The notes under the pieces: generated by a model
The model's database searches: none
What the model was told of the DNA's origin: nothing
Seen by the model: only the letters and a program-made list of their open reading frames with translations
Shown: positions 25,531 through 41,995 of the stretch, piece by piece
Layout: each line of letters starts with the position of its first letter
Position numbering within the stretch: the first letter of the stretch is position 1
Assembly: GCF_009914755.1 (NCBI RefSeq)
Contig: NC_060932.1
Direction: 5' to 3' (one strand)
Source: the human T2T-CHM13v2.0 reference genome, Homo sapiens
Length of the DNA: 64,000 nucleotides
Position numbers and translations under genes: made by a program

Positions 25531-27990
25531 TGAGGAAATTGTGGCACAGAGACCGTGGAACTTCCCTGAACTCATGGAGAGTGAGTGCTAGAGCTGGCAT
25601 GTGAACCCAGGCAGTCTAAGCACTCTGCTATACTACCTCTCTATGTAACTGTTGTTATTATGAGTTTAAGTATTATATCCAGAAACTATTATAGTCTTTT
25701 CTGAGAACGTCTCCAGTCAATAAAATCCCAACAAATAATCTGAATAAAATTATGCATGCCATTTTGATACCTTATTTGTGCAATAAAAAGTTGTTAAAGG
25801 CTCATTTAATTTAGATTGTTTAGAGTCCTAAAATGTGTCAGAAGCACAGACTTGAGGACAGAGCTCTAAGTTACTTGTTGCAGGTTGACTTGTAATGGAG
25901 AATGTCGGTGCCTGAATTCCCCAGAATCGATTCATACCTCATTGTTAGACTCACAGCTTTAGAAACTGAAATAATATTCAGACATGTTGTGGATCATATT
26001 TTTCCCTTGTATTTGTCATCATGAAGGGATATGTTCCTTTTGGAAGGTAATTTATGAGTGTGCATTGAGAGCCTTAAAAATATTTGTGACTTAGGAGCCA
26101 ATATTTTTGCAATAAGTGCCTGAACTTACAATATAACAGTGAGTGTCTGACAGTGCGAATATATTTAAGAGCCCTTTAATTGAAAAGAGTAAGCAATTTC
26201 TGGAGGAGTTCTGGGAAGGAGGAGGTTAGGTGATAAATTCAGTTTCTCAACCTGTTGGATAGATAGTAATATAATTAATTTAAGTGGCAGTGAGATTTAG
26301 GAAAAAGTTAATAGGTTCATTTGGGATGTGTTGAATTTAGGTTGTCCACAGAATTGTAACAATTACATTAATAATTGATATAAAAATGGTTTACATACTA
26401 ATAAGTCATTATATCAATGGTAACTATATTTCTCTCCTAGTTTTTCTTAGTAGTTACAAAATGTATTATGGTTAGATTTTTACCCCAATTTTAGTAAGTA
26501 ACTGAGTTGTAGTTTTATTTTTTGTATTCTCTTTCATTGATGTCTTAAAGTATGTGTACCCAGTGTTTTGACATGGTTAATCTCCCAGAAATTAGAGTAA
26601 GATAGTCAATTCCAAAGTATATTAAACAAGATAGAGTGAAAATATTATATGATTAGGAGTCAGGCCGACCTGACCTTTCCACTTCGCTGTGTATGTGATC
26701 TTTCACTAACCCTCAATTTTCCCACCTACAAAAACGTAGTGAGAGAATATACTTGAACAGTTTAGTATGGAGCCTGGCACGTGGCACTTGGAATTTGTGA
26801 TTGTGTTTTATGTGTCTGTCACTGCTGGGCATTTTGCTGGTGCTCTGTAAGTAGTACTGACTGTGGAGGGATGATCATTGGCACCTTCGTTATCACCAGG
26901 TGATAGATTGCTTCCAGCTCACCTCATATCTGCTCATTTTCTGTGCAGAGTATCACAAACCTAACTTGGAGCACACTGCAAGTGTAAAGGCATAAATGCT
27001 TTGCTTTTTTGTTCGTTGTTTCTTACTCTGATGCTTTTTTGTTCAGTGTTCTGTAAAGGACCAAAAAGTAGGCATATACATTAGAAAGTAGGAAAATAAT
27101 CATTAAAACTTGCATGTATTTCCTTTATCTATCATTTATAAGGATTGCTGTACCACATGAAAATGAATTTATGTTGTTTGTAAGTTTATAAAATAGAAGT
27201 ATTTCATCCAATTGCAACCTTTTTGAAATAGTTTATCAAAAGTATTGGATATAGTCTTAAACATTGCTAAATTTTAGAGACATTGGAAATAAAAAATACA
27301 TGTAGGTATATAGCCCAATAAGACATCTTACATAGAGGAAAAAAAAAACTATCCATATTGTCTTAGCCAAAGTAATATAATTAAAACAGTGTCTCAATTA
27401 AGGCTGCATAAAGATGTAGTAAATTAAAGTGTGACCATGGGCAAGTTATTTAACCTGTGCTCTAGAGTAAAATGGGGATGACAATAATAGTACTGACCTC
27501 ATGGGGTTGTTGTAAAGTTAAGCGAAATGGAAAGCATGTCATATATGGAAAGCATATCACACATCGTAAATGCTATCAATAGCTATCATTAAAGTCCTAC
27601 AATTCTTTATCTAAAACTGTCGAAGCTAAATATGTCTTACATTCCAATTTTTGGAATTTTGGAAAAACAATACAGGATACATACACATACCATATGTTAG
27701 TACAGCTCCAGTGGAGCCCTGCATGTGCTTCTCCAGGATAATGATTGCCCCTTGGATTCTTTGAAGTTTATGGTCAGGGAAACTGGTTACAAAGGGGTGT
27801 AAAGCATATGTGGCAATTTGAAAACGAAGGGGATTTCTTAAGGGAGCAGTGTGGCATTCAGCCTTGGCAGTTTCTAATCCCACCAAATATAGCAATATTG
27901 CTAGTGCTAGCAAGTTATTTTTAAACAGAGTGGATTAAATAATTGATACAAGACTGTTTCTTCTATTAGAAGTCATCACTTTAGCAAGGC

Positions 27991-28320
27991 CTTTTTTTTT
28001 TTTTTTTAATTGAGACAGGGTATCAATCTGTCGCCCAGGCTGGTATATAGTGGCGTGATCTCTGCTCACTGCAACCTCCGCCTCCTTGGCTGAAGCGATT
28101 CTCCATCCTCAGCCTCCTGAGTAGCTGGGACCACAGGCACGAGACGGTGCCACTGTCACTTTACTCTTTAATGTTCATACTCAGCTAATTTTCGTATTTT
28201 TTTTAGAGACGGAGTTTTGCCATGTTGCCCAAGCTGGTCTTGAACTTTTGAGTTCAAAGCGATCTGTCCGCCTCAGCCTCCCAAAGTGCTGGGATTACAG
28301 GTGTGAGCTACCACACCCGG
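27991..28320 (-). mobile_element. AluJ carrying a foreign internal insertion
   Basis: TSD TAGCAAGGCC at 27981 and 28321; non-Alu sequence at about 28141-28176. Confidence 0.92.
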
Positions 28321-29004
28321 TAGCAAGGCCCTTCCTGACCTGGCCCCAATTCCTTCTCTGCCTCATCTCAGGTCACTCACTCATGTAATGTAACCTGATA
28401 CTGAGTTTCACAGTTATGGCTCATTTATACTTGACTCAATAACCTATTAAAATGTAAAGGCTAACTTGTGAAAGTACATTGTCATCAAAATCTTCATGGC
28501 TCCTTAGTTAATCTCAAATATACCTTTTGAAGATATTGTGGTTTTTAGAATTTTCTAAAATGGTGCAAACAGGACAATTTGCCTTTCTTTGTATTTTAGT
28601 CTTTGCCAGATTGCTTGCAACAGAGCTACCAGTTTCTTGGATGAGTAGTTACACCATCCAACAACCCTCGGTGATTCTCCTCACCTCACATCCCATTCTT
28701 CCATGTCCTATAAGTACTAAGGCTTCTGTGTTTCCGCAATGCTCTGTGCTTGCTCTGTCCTCCAGCGGAACCTGCTGGACTTGAGAATCCATCTCCTTTT
28801 TATAGAGTCCTGCAGCAGCAGGGACCCTTTTGTACTCATGTTTATATCACCAACACCTAATGCAGTGCTGATCAGAAAGGTGATCTATGTGTGTTCTTCA
28901 GTTGAATTGATAACGTGTAAGTTTGCATCTGTTTTAAACATTTCTTTATTAGAAACCCAGTAAGAAATCTTGTACCATTGTAAGTCTAATGTGAAAATTG
29001 ATGT

Positions 29005-29190
29005 AGTCTTCAACTCTGGCTACGTGGAAGAATCACCTATGCAGCCTTAAAAAAAAGGGGGGGAGGATGGGGGGGTGCCAAGAAAATCACCTGTTATTTT
29101 TTAATCTGAGTCTTGGTGTAGAGCAGCTACTATAAATTCTTTAAACTCTACAGATAATTCTGATAAGCAGCCAAAGGTTGAGAACTGCTC
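29005..29190. mobile_element. MER5-like hAT MITE
   Basis: TTCAACTCTGGCT...GAATCACCT...ATTCTGAT..GCAGCCAAAGGTTGAGAACTGCT. Confidence 0.55.
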
Positions 29191-31488
29191 TTCTTGAGTA
29201 ATAAGTACTATATAAATTAGATAATATGTGTAAAGCACTTTGCACAGTGCCTACCAGTTAGTTGCCAAGGAAATACTTGTTTCCCCCAAAAATAAATTGT
29301 TGGCCTTTCTGTAATGTCTTCCATACATTCATTCTGCAAACAACTATTGAAACCTTCAGTGAGCCAAATTGTTCAAAAATACCTTATTCCAAAGGGAAAT
29401 TTGATGTTTTCTATTAGAATATAAGTGCCTAACATACTTAAAACTGTCACTATTCGAATGTAAGCTCTGCAGGGGCAGGAATCTTCATCCTGTTTTGTTC
29501 ATCAACACTTCTTAAGCACCTGAGATAGTGAGTTATTGTTTAGTGGGTAGATTCTAAACTGTTGTCAGTAATAGATGACCATTCTACCAGGCAAACCAGA
29601 AGGAAGTTTTTGTGCAGAAGAGCACAAAAAAAAAAAAACGTGCAGTGGTCCTATGAAGAGATTGACTTGGTGTGCATTGGTAGTGACCAGTTTTTCAGTG
29701 AAGCTGCAGCCTACGGTGCCTAGGAAGGAAGGTGCACTAAGTGTCTATAGAAAGATCCATAGAGAACATTTTGTGATGGACCTTCATACCAGGCTCAGGA
29801 GTTCCACAGATTTTTTTTTTGTTTTGGTTTTTATCAATGAAGGTGCTCCCCATGCCCGTAACCCCCACACTGGTCCAAGTGAATGTCACCTTGCTTGTGA
29901 AGCACCCGGAGCCTGGCTGTTGCTTGCCCCACCTCCACTCCACTCCTGAGCTATCATGTCTCCCTACTGCAGCCCACGTGATATTTTCCGTATAATTACA
30001 TGCTCTCATAATACCCAGCAGTTTTCCATCATAACTGCAATTTTATATTGAAGTGATTATTTGATCAATGTCTGTCTTCTTTTTTCAATCTATTCACTGT
30101 CCCCTCCCCCAGTGCCTACCACAGTGCTAGAACATACATAGTGCTCAATAAATATTTATTGAATAAATATGGAGAGGTAGAATTTTACTTTACATCAGTA
30201 ATGTTAAAACAAAGTAGGTATTCTTATCACAATTTCTTATCTGATTAAAATACAATACTATAAGTGTCGTAGTTTAAATTCTTTTAATGCTGCATATTTG
30301 AAGAGTGAGCCTGTATAATTTGATATGCAGATTGATGTAAGTTAGTGTGCCACCAGATTCCCCAGAAACACTAAAAACCATTTGCTGCCCTAACATTGTG
30401 TCAAAGGAAGATGCTGACAATCCCATAAAAAATCAAAAGGTATAATTATTTCACATGTGTAAATATTGCAGATCACAATCAGTGTTTTCCTAAAGAGTAA
30501 TAGATATGGCTTTGAAATCTAAATATCAAATGTGTTTATCAGAAATCTCCTCAAAAAGATATGTTAGTATACCAGATGGAAGGATTGGCTGTAAAAACAA
30601 ATGCAAGATTCACAAATGATCCAGAGAAATACTGTAACCTGGCTCATAATATGTTGATGGACCATTTCTAATGGTATCGGAAGAGCCAAGTAATCCAATA
30701 CCAAAAGATTCCATGCCTTGACACCCAGTGTAGTTGGACTTGGGGAATCAAAAACAGAAATACAAAAAAATAGGCTTAAGGAACCCAACCTTGATCTTGG
30801 TCTTTCCTCAAAGTTGTATATTTTTTGAACTTCTAAGCACATATTTCATTTGCGGCAGCCTTCCCGGCCTTCCTGCCACTTGGTAACCAATCTCTGACCC
30901 CTTTTCTACTCTCCAGACCTTCCCCGGAACCTCAGTCTGTGCTAACAGTTCTCCTTATTACATGTCCCCAGTATTTCAACCTGGTTTTTCAATGTTAGGT
31001 TCCATGAAATTCTAATATGTAGTTTCAATACTTCATGCAAAGAATTGTCATTAAAATTACTCGTGATGTCTAGTGACAGTATCTGTAATTGATAGTATTT
31101 TGTAAGTCATCCTTTGCCAGAAAAAAATAAGCGATAAGGATCTGTTCTCTTGTGTGTCTTCATAAGAAATCTTAGTTTTCTTGTTAGCGTTTCTGAGAAA
31201 TTAATTGATGTTTGAAATTAACAAGCTACAGTAAAAATACTGAAGCTTGAGTCAAAAGACATGTCTGAATTTGAATCCTGACTGTCATGTAATGTGTGAC
31301 CTTGAGCGAGCCGCACAGTAAACCTTATGAAACCTTACGCTTAACTAATAAAGTGAGTAGGCAAATTAATGTTCACCTTCCTGAAAGTTAAATAAAATTA
31401 TGAAGTTGCAGAGTACTAAGCAAACAAAGGGAAACTGTTGTTGGTATTTATTTTTTTAGGGTTGTGTCACCAAAGCTAAGTTCCTTAC

Positions 31489-33952
31489 TTTTTTTTTTTT
31501 TCTCTCTTGAAATACAGAATTTTATTGAGAAACTGTTTAAAGTAGAAAAAACCCTGTCAAGAAAGACCAGGTGGAAAATGGGTTCCCAATAAAATGGAAT
31601 TTTAGGGCAACAAAAGTCTAAAAGGCCGCAAAAGAGAAATAGCACCACTGTCATTTGAACAATGGCTAGTTACTCACAGTTTTTGGCATTGTTAATCACT
31701 GAATCTGGGTTTTCCTCTGAATTCCACACAGCATGCACTACACAACAATTTTATCATAAAATACTTGCTTTCTACACACATTTTAGGACAAGCTACCACC
31801 AGAAACAAATCAATGCAAATACATCAGGGGCTGAACAAACTCAGTAGTGAGTGAGACACATTTTGCAGAGTCCTGCAAATGAGGGAGAGTTAAGGAATGA
31901 AATATTTTAAATATTAATTTTTAGACACGGTGCTATATTTTCTGCAAAAGAAAATTAACATTTAGCCACACACTAATGCATTTTATCTCCAAAGAAACTA
32001 GTGTACTGGCAAAGTATTCAGATTACAGTGGACAGCAGATACCGAAAATACCCCAGCCTTGCAGATCCCAAGGTAACAATGGCTTTCACTGACCACTCCC
32101 TTTGCCAGAGGTCCAGAAAGAATTGCAGCATGGTCACCTGCCTGCTTTACTTCCAGCTCTAAGCAGCAAACTTCAAGGAGCCAAAGAGGAGTCCCCAGTG
32201 GGCAAAGGGAGCAGAGAAGAGAAACATGGTAAATGTAAACCTAAAAGACAGTAAAATGGGATAAAATCCCCATTCAAATCCCAGAGATGTGGGCAAGTCC
32301 CCAAAAGTAGTTGTTAGATTAAAAATCTGGGCACACCTCACTTCCCCAAAAACATAATACATAGAAATTTTGGGGATAACTGGAAAAATAGAAATGCTTA
32401 ATGAAAACCGAGCTCTTCAACTCAAACATCTCAAGGCTAAAACACATCCTCTGTTATATCCAGGCAATGATGCCGCTTGCTTTTTAGCACGGATGCAGTT
32501 GGCCAATGACACCAAATGGCTTCATAGGGCAACTTTTTAGACCAAAGTCTAGGCCTGTGAGGCTTCAAGCAGCCCTGTAAGACAGAAGTTTCCAAAGGTT
32601 TCAAGGTCTGGCCCTTCCTTCCCCAACACAATGTCAAACACAGTATCTCCTGTCATGTTACATTTTATATTTTGAAATATGGAAGCATATTTTAAATACT
32701 CTTAAGGCATTTATTTTTCACAACATTCTCTGATTTCACATTAGCTTAAAATTCAATTCAGTCTTTACATTTCTCCACTGAGGTCGCCACGTCAGCATAT
32801 TATATAACACCTTCTCCAGCACTCAGTGTGACCCGCATCTGCATGGTGAGCCCCACGGTCAGCCTCTTTGTTTCCCAGGTGAACCAACTAGATGTTAATA
32901 CTGCTCTGCTACAAGGTAAAAGCTCCTGACTCAAACTTATTGGAAAAGGAGTGAAACGTCTGCAAAATGCACTTTAACAAGAGGCACTTTTTGCTTATGA
33001 AAAGAAACCAGTGAGTCCTCTAAGGATAATAAAAGGGAGTATTTTACAGTTAAGCACATGATTTGGAGTGAAGAATTCAGATGTTGCTCTGCTGGTCCAG
33101 GCTGTTAATACTCTTCTTGCTCCTCCTGTGGGCCTCCTTCATCAGATGTCACAAAGCCTTCATCTGTGGCATACAGAATGTCTACAATCCTCTGCAATAC
33201 AGGGTCGTTTTCCCCCTTGTTCTCCTGGCAATTCAATGTTCTATAGCTTTCCGAAGTAGAAATCCCTCTCTTTCTCCAAGTCTTCAACGGTAAGTTTCAA
33301 TACATTGAGTGCTGCATCAACTCAGCTGCCTCATCGTGCCCATTGCGCACACCAGGGTCTTTCACACCACACCAGGGCAGCCTTAGGAGCCACAGCAGTT
33401 CTCTGTGTTGAGATGGGCCTCAGGGGAGCTGCACTGCTAGAACTGAGAGGTTTCTTGGGTGTATTCAGAGCTGGAGCAACGAGAGAGGGAGCCACTGCAG
33501 TTTCTTGACCTTGTCTGGCAGCCACAGGGTCAGTCTTTTCCATCATAATTTGCATCAAAAAACTTCTTGAAACACTGAACGAATTCAAAATTTTCCTGAA
33601 ACTTTCCTTTTACTAATTTGTCCACAGGAATTATTTTGTCAACACCCATCCTCTTAAAACCTACTGGTAGTATTTTGAAGTTCTGGATGCACCCGTGTTC
33701 TAGCTTAGCTTAGAATTTCACTTTCTTCAAGGCGGTGGAGCCAGGGAACAGCATGTCCATAAACTGACACTAGGCAGCCCCTGAGCACAGCTGTTCGATC
33801 TTTGTCACGTTCAACTGCAGAGACTAATTGATCCAGGCCAGCATGTCATGTCGACTTAGATTATCACTGGTCACTGACGTTGAGTATACGTTCACTGCCA
33901 TCTTCGGCTCTTGGCGGAACCGTGTCCACTGCCCGCACCCAGCTCCGGTTCC
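31489..33952 (-). pseudogene. MAPRE1P1: Full-length processed pseudogene of MAPRE1 (EB1), antisense in the KHDRBS3 intron
   Basis: Intronless CDS relic 33901 to 33105 ([25 protein letters not shown]...GGPQEEQEEY*); stops at codons 26, 44, 64 plus frameshifts; about 1.6 kb of 3'UTR, AATAAA at 31520-31525 (-), poly(A) relic 31489-31501; TSD AGTTCCTTACTTTTT at 31479 and 33953. The P1 suffix is from recall. Confidence 0.95.
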
Positions 33953-34441
33953 AGTTCCTTACTTTTTAGGCAAGAATGAATGTTTGCTGAATAGATTGTA
34001 TGACAACAAAAATAAGGACTCATTTAAAAAGGACTTCTGCTTTAATATCATTAACAGCTGTCCTTCATATATGTATATAACACATTATTTCATTTAAACT
34101 TTACAACAGTCCTATGAAAGATTTTTTTTAAACTTTTACAGATGAGAAATTAAATTAACTTTAAGCTGACAGAGAATAAATCCTAAAGTCTAATTTCTGA
34201 TATTTGTTTGGCTTCAAAGCCTGATTTTTAACTATTCTATGCCAGCTTCTAAAATGATTACAGTAAGATGGAGAAACCTGCTTAAAAATGAAAACCTGAG
34301 CCTATAAAAGTAAATATGGCATTGCACAGACCTCTCACATGGACATCAGCATGTCCTCTGTGAGCTGCACGCCTGGCCATTGCTGAAGCTTCCTGGCATG
34401 GTGGACTTGGGTGTGTTGGAGGAGTAAAGAGGCACAGTGGG

Positions 34442-34914
<473 letters not shown>

Positions 34915-37900
34915 TTAAAATAAGAAAATAAGGTTAGCTATCTCTATATCAGAAAAATACAGGGATACTCACACGCCTTATTTCCGAATGCATTGCTGTG
35001 GCTTTTAGGGACGGGTTAAACTCTGAATTAATCATAAATTCAATCAAATTAGATGTTTTAGTTTTCTCTCATGCAAGGATGTAATCAGCTCCAAGCTCAC
35101 GTGACAGCTTTCTGTAGTTACTAAGAATCCAGACTGCTTCTGCCCTTCTCTTCCGCACTCCTTCACCCTGGCTTCTATCCCAAGGCTCTTCTCATTCACA
35201 GTGGCTATTATACTTCCAGCTGCCAAGCTGAGGTTCAGGCAGGAAGAAGGGGGAAGAGTGGAAAGCCATGCCTCCTAGGTGAGTTGGCCTTCTGTTAGGA
35301 AATTTCCTGGAAGCTTCACTCCATAAATTTTGCTTCTATCTCATTGTCTACTTCATCTGCAAAAGGATTGATACATTATCACTAGCACCCAATCCCCAGC
35401 CTTATAAGGGATCTGTTGGTAAGAAAGAAGGTGAAGATGCATGTTAAACAGGCAGCAACAAATGCCTATTGGTTCTTACCTTTTAACATACAAATTAGGG
35501 ATTTTTCTTTTAGATTTTTTTCCTTTTACTGAGATATAATGTACATACAGCAAAGAGCATAAATTTTTATTTATCTGAAAAAAAATAGTTCAGTGAAAGT
35601 TAACATACGTATACACCCACATAACCATGAGGAGAACATTTCCAGCACCCCAGAAGTTTCTCTGGCTTTTTCTCTTAGATGTTGCCTATCAGTTATCTTA
35701 CCTCTAGCCATCTCCTTTTGATTCTGAATTACATGGCTTTTTTTTAGAGTACCCAAACATATCTCTTATTATTCTGAGAATGTAGTGATTGACAGTTAAA
35801 TTAGATGGTAGTGAAAAACAGGTGGTGTTGAAAAAAAATCTACACTTGGCATTCGGAGTAACTAGACTTCTATTCTGATTCCATGTATTCTAGCCATGTG
35901 ACTTAGACAATGTCTAAACTTTATGCCTCTGATTAGCTGCTTTCTTATTACTAAGCCAGAATGAATGCTGTTGTTCTGCTTGGAATGATTTTTTTCTTCA
36001 TCTTTGTCTGGCTTTTCTGTTGTCAATTGAAGCATTTCTTTTTTCAGGAATCTTCTCATGTCCCCCAAAACTGGTTCAGGTATCCCACCTCTGAGTTCCT
36101 ACAGAACTCTGGGTTTCTCGGTATCATCGTGTTCCATTCCCCGGTTGACACTTGTCTCACTTGTACACTAGACTCAACATGGTTTATCACAAAGACCAAA
36201 TCTTGTTGGCTGCTGCATTCCAAGGCCCAGCATATAGTGGGTGCTCTGTAAATATCTGCTGAACAGATGTCGAATGAAAAAGATGGTCTCTGAACCTCCT
36301 AATTTCATACTAAGATTATTCCACAAAACACAGTAGAAGTGGTGAGAGCTTGTTTTCTTAAATGGCAGAAAAATGTTGTTTTTAAACCTAAATTTATGAA
36401 ATAGACATAAGAGCTTTATTGCAACTTTATTTTAAAGACGAAAGATAAATTGCATAGAATACATGGCTTATAATAGGTATTTGATAAGTGATATCTATTA
36501 TTAGTGTGATATTAAATTTTATTTGCATGTCTTTGTGTCTCATGTGACTGTGACCTCATTGTCTCCACATGCCCATCATCTAGCATCAGATAGTAGTAGT
36601 TGCAATAGGGTCATTTCTAAATCAGTCTTGCCAGAAACTTCCAGGGCACATGCTTCCTTATTGCTTCCTCTGAGTAATCTGTCTTCCTGAGTTTTCTTAC
36701 ACAGAAGGTTGTACTCAAGCTTTGTGGAGAATAAAATAAGAGAAAAAGGATTCTGAGTGTCTCATGAGAGATTAAGGTTAAACACAAAGCAAGAACTTTC
36801 TGGCAGACCTGTTCGAGGGTATTACTGTGACAGGTTATTCAGGTTTCATCCCTAGAAGTCTTTGAAAGTGGAGAGATAATCATTTCTCTCAGATGATTAA
36901 GACAGTTTAGCCTGAAGGCCAGTGGTTGGGCCACATGACCTCTGAAGATCGATTTCTTCCCTTTGATTCAGCCAAGTACCAGTAAGTTCCTGCACTTTGT
37001 AGTGGAGATAAAGTTTAGAAGTATTTCATAGTAGAAAAGGGAAGGGACCAGCTGTAAAAGACAAAAAAGTTTGTGTCTCCAATTCTCTGGCAAACCTGTG
37101 TTAGCATTTGAAATCCTTTTATTTGACAAAGTGATTGTTATATCTGAGGTTTTGCAAACTTAGTTACAATAGGGTTAAGGATAATAGTCACCATTTATTT
37201 TGTACTGACTAAATGGCAGGCCAGTGACTAGTGTTTTGTGTAGGTGAACTCATTTAATTATTACTCATTCATTATCAGCCTGGCTGTAAGACAGCTGCAG
37301 CAGACACTTATTGAGCAGAAAGTATAAGCCAGATTTATTCATTCATTCATTCCTTCTATCAGTGTCTTTATTGAGCACCTTTTATGTCTGAAACACTTCT
37401 AGAAACTGGAACTTAAAAGATTTAACTGCCTGCCCGAGCTTACCCTGCTTCTAAGTGGAAGAAGAGGATTCAAAACTCAGAGAGCCTTTAATCCAAACTC
37501 TGGGCTCTTAATCATTACTGCATGCTAGGTCTCCATAACAATAATGGACTTTGTTCATAAAATGCTTTCACATACAATCGTAGTTGATCCTATAGCAGCC
37601 AGTGAAATACCTAGAATGTGAGATGGAGAGGCATTGGATTGAGGTGCAAAGAAATACTGAAGTTATTGATCGGGACATCTAGAATACTGTAGGACTGTTA
37701 GAACCCATGTTCTATGTCTGAGCTTGAATACTTCGCCTGATAGGAGAGCAAATGCTCCAACCCCAGTAAATTCAGTAACTCCTGTCAGGCTTCTGACTGT
37801 TTCATGGCAGCAGACTCCACCCATATAGTAACTTCTGGAAGATTATGGAAAAAGCCGAGACAATGGGCAGAAACACCTCCCGAGGGGAAACATTCTGCTG

Positions 37901-38400
37901 CTGGACCCTGTCAGGAGATGGTTTATGGTGGGAGTGAAGAGATGAAAGACAAGCCACCAGCATTTACAGCGACATGATCTGGGGCAGAGAGGGAGTAAGG
38001 AATGTCTGGTACCAAGGCTAGAAAACCTCCTGGAAGAGAACCTGAAACAAGTAATTGCCTATGGAGTCCCACCTGAGCTTGATGGAGCATCAATGCCTGT
38101 GCTTTCCTGAGGAAGGAGCCCTTGGGTCTGGAATTCCTGTGGTGGTCTGGGTTTCAGCAGACTGACTCCCTGGGGAGTATCTGGGTAGTCTAATATTGCT
38201 AATTTTGATAACATAAAACCTTGGTCTCAGAGAAATTAAGAAGAGCATTGTTGTATTTACACAGACCTTTGTTCTAATCCTGGCTTCACCACTTAACCAG
38301 CTATGTGATTTTAAATAAGTTTCTTAATTTACCAAACCTACTTTTTTTTTCTGTTTTGTGAAATGGGGTAATATCTACCCACAATGAGTTATAAAGTTTA

Positions 38401-38434
38401 ATGTATGTATGTATGTATGTATGTATGTATGTAT
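38401..38434. repeat. (ATGT)n microsatellite
   Basis: About 8 perfect ATGT units abutting the Tigger3 TA target site. Confidence 0.95.
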
Positions 38435-38437
38435 ATA

Positions 38438-39985
<1,548 letters not shown>

Positions 39986-40019
39986 TGTATATATACACAT
40001 GCGCACACACTTCCTCTAC

Positions 40020-41145
40020 AAAACCCAAAGCCAAAGTGTGCAAAAGTTGTCTCAACTCGCTGTCTTCACTTGATCTTCTTCTACTTTCTCTTGAACTTGA
40101 TCTTTTGGTTCCCACGCTGCTACTGAAACAACTCTGTTCAGGTCCTCAGTGACCTCCTCTGAGCACCTTTGCCACACTTGATGAGGGAATCCGTCGTTCC
40201 TTCTGAAGAGCCTTAGGCCCTCACCATCTCAGAGCCTCTGGGCTCCTCTCTCTCTGGCTGGGTGTTCTCCATCTCTTGCTAGACCCTCCTCTTCTTGCCC
40301 TCTGCATTCTGGAGTCAAGGGGGCTCACTCCTTTAACCTCTTCTCCATTTGCTCTCTTCTCAGTGGTCTCACTGTCTCAGGTTTTAACGACCAAGAGCAA
40401 TGATGATGACTCCCAGATTTATGTCTGCAGGTCAGACCTGTCTCCTGACCCCTAGATTCTCTTTCCAGCAGCCTCCTCTCCAGAGGAGGGTCTCTCAAAC
40501 CTAACGTGTCCCAAATCAAACTCCGGAACTCTCCCTGCCCTGAAAGCTGTTGCTGCTATCCTCTTCCCTTTCTCTATAAATGATAATTCTGTTTTTTTTC
40601 TTGGAACCAAGAAAAATTTCCCATTTCACTCAACCGGGATTTTAAAAACACACACATAAGAAATGAAAGCCTCTCAGTGGCCTGCATGACCCTGCATGGT
40701 CCACCTGCCTTCTTACTGATTCTGTGGCCCTCTCCCTTGTCCTCTCTGCTCCAATTGCACTGCCTTCCTTTCTAGCCTTCAGCTGTACCAAGAATGTGTC
40801 CCCTGAAGAACTTGACATTTGATGGTCCCTCTGCCCACAGTACTGTGCCCCCAGATAATATCTGCATATCTCCTCCAATTCCTTCAAGTCTCAGCTCAGA
40901 TGATACCTTATTAGAGAGAGTTCTCTGACTAAACTATAAAATAACAATCTTAGTTCAGTTCTTCCAATCTCTTAGCTGCTCTTCTAACTCTCAGTAGCAC
41001 ATCTGATCATGCGACGTATTATTTATACATATATATAGTTTATTGTCTGTCTTTCCCATTAAAGACAGCTCCATGAAAGTAGTGAATTTGTGTTGTTTAT
41101 TAAATATGTTTTAAATAACTTGAATCCATGCATGAATGAATGCAT
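40020..41145 (+). mobile_element. L2 fragment
   Basis: Pyrimidine-rich L2 body (GATGACTCCCAGATTT, CTCTCAAACCTAACGTGTCCCAAA) ending in TGAATGAATG. Confidence 0.65.
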
Positions 41146-41639
41146 GCATGATATGATTGTCTCATATTATTTGATTTTGTGCATGGCCACTGCTGAAGTT
41201 GGTAAGTGGCAGAGCCAGGACTCAGCCTGGTCTCACTAGAGCAGGAGCTCTCTCTCCTGCACAGTGCGGTGTTCATGCCCTCACCTCCCACTGGGTGATG
41301 CAGAGATAATTAACAACAAGGCTTCACTGCTGTGCACCCCAGTTTGCATATAAATGCAAGGGTAAAATGGATAACTTTCTTCTAGAGCAATGGCAAGACT
41401 TAATAAATCAGGTGAGTCTGCTTTCCTCATAGAATTTATAGAAATATAAGCTCATGTTAATGCCACAATAAGGTTCAGATTTTAATAGTCTCTGTCTTAT
41501 GAAATATAGGGACTGTTAAGTATTTAAATAAAACCAGTTTCTTTTTTTAATTACTAATTTATAAGAGGAAAGGATCTGTTTTCTCAGCTATCATTTTAAA
41601 ATTTTGTTTTGTCCCTGGGAGATAAATTTTCAGTTATGA

Positions 41640-41995
41640 CTTTTTTAAAGATTTTATTTTTGCCACAGTCCTAGATTCACAGCAACATTGAGAGGAAGGC
41701 ACAGATTTCCCACAGGCACCCTGCCTCTACACGTGCACAGCCTCCCCATTATCCACATCTGCCACCAGAGTGGTGTGTTTGTTACAATCAGTGAACCTAC
41801 ATTGACACATGATCATCACTCAAAGCCCTTAGTTGACATTAGAGTTCACTCTTGGTGTTGTAGATTCTCTGGGTTTGCACAAATGTGTAATGTCATGTGT
41901 CCACCATGAGAGTATCACCCAGAGTACTTTCACTGCCCTGAACATCCTCTGTGCTCTACCCAGTCATTCCTCCCTCCCCTCAACCCCTGTCAGTT
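41640..41995 (-). mobile_element. L1MC-like 3' end
   Basis: ACCAGAGTGGTGTGTTTGTTACAATCAGTGAACCTACATTGACAC. Confidence 0.7.

Noticed and set aside
29057-29075. G-rich run as a G-quadruplex element
   Set aside because: Only two long G tracts inside a degraded MER5-like element; no supporting context
33105-33588. ORFs with EB1 peptides as a functional retrogene
   Set aside because: Stops at codons 26, 44 and 64 plus frameshifts; the fragments lack the CH domain and a true ATG
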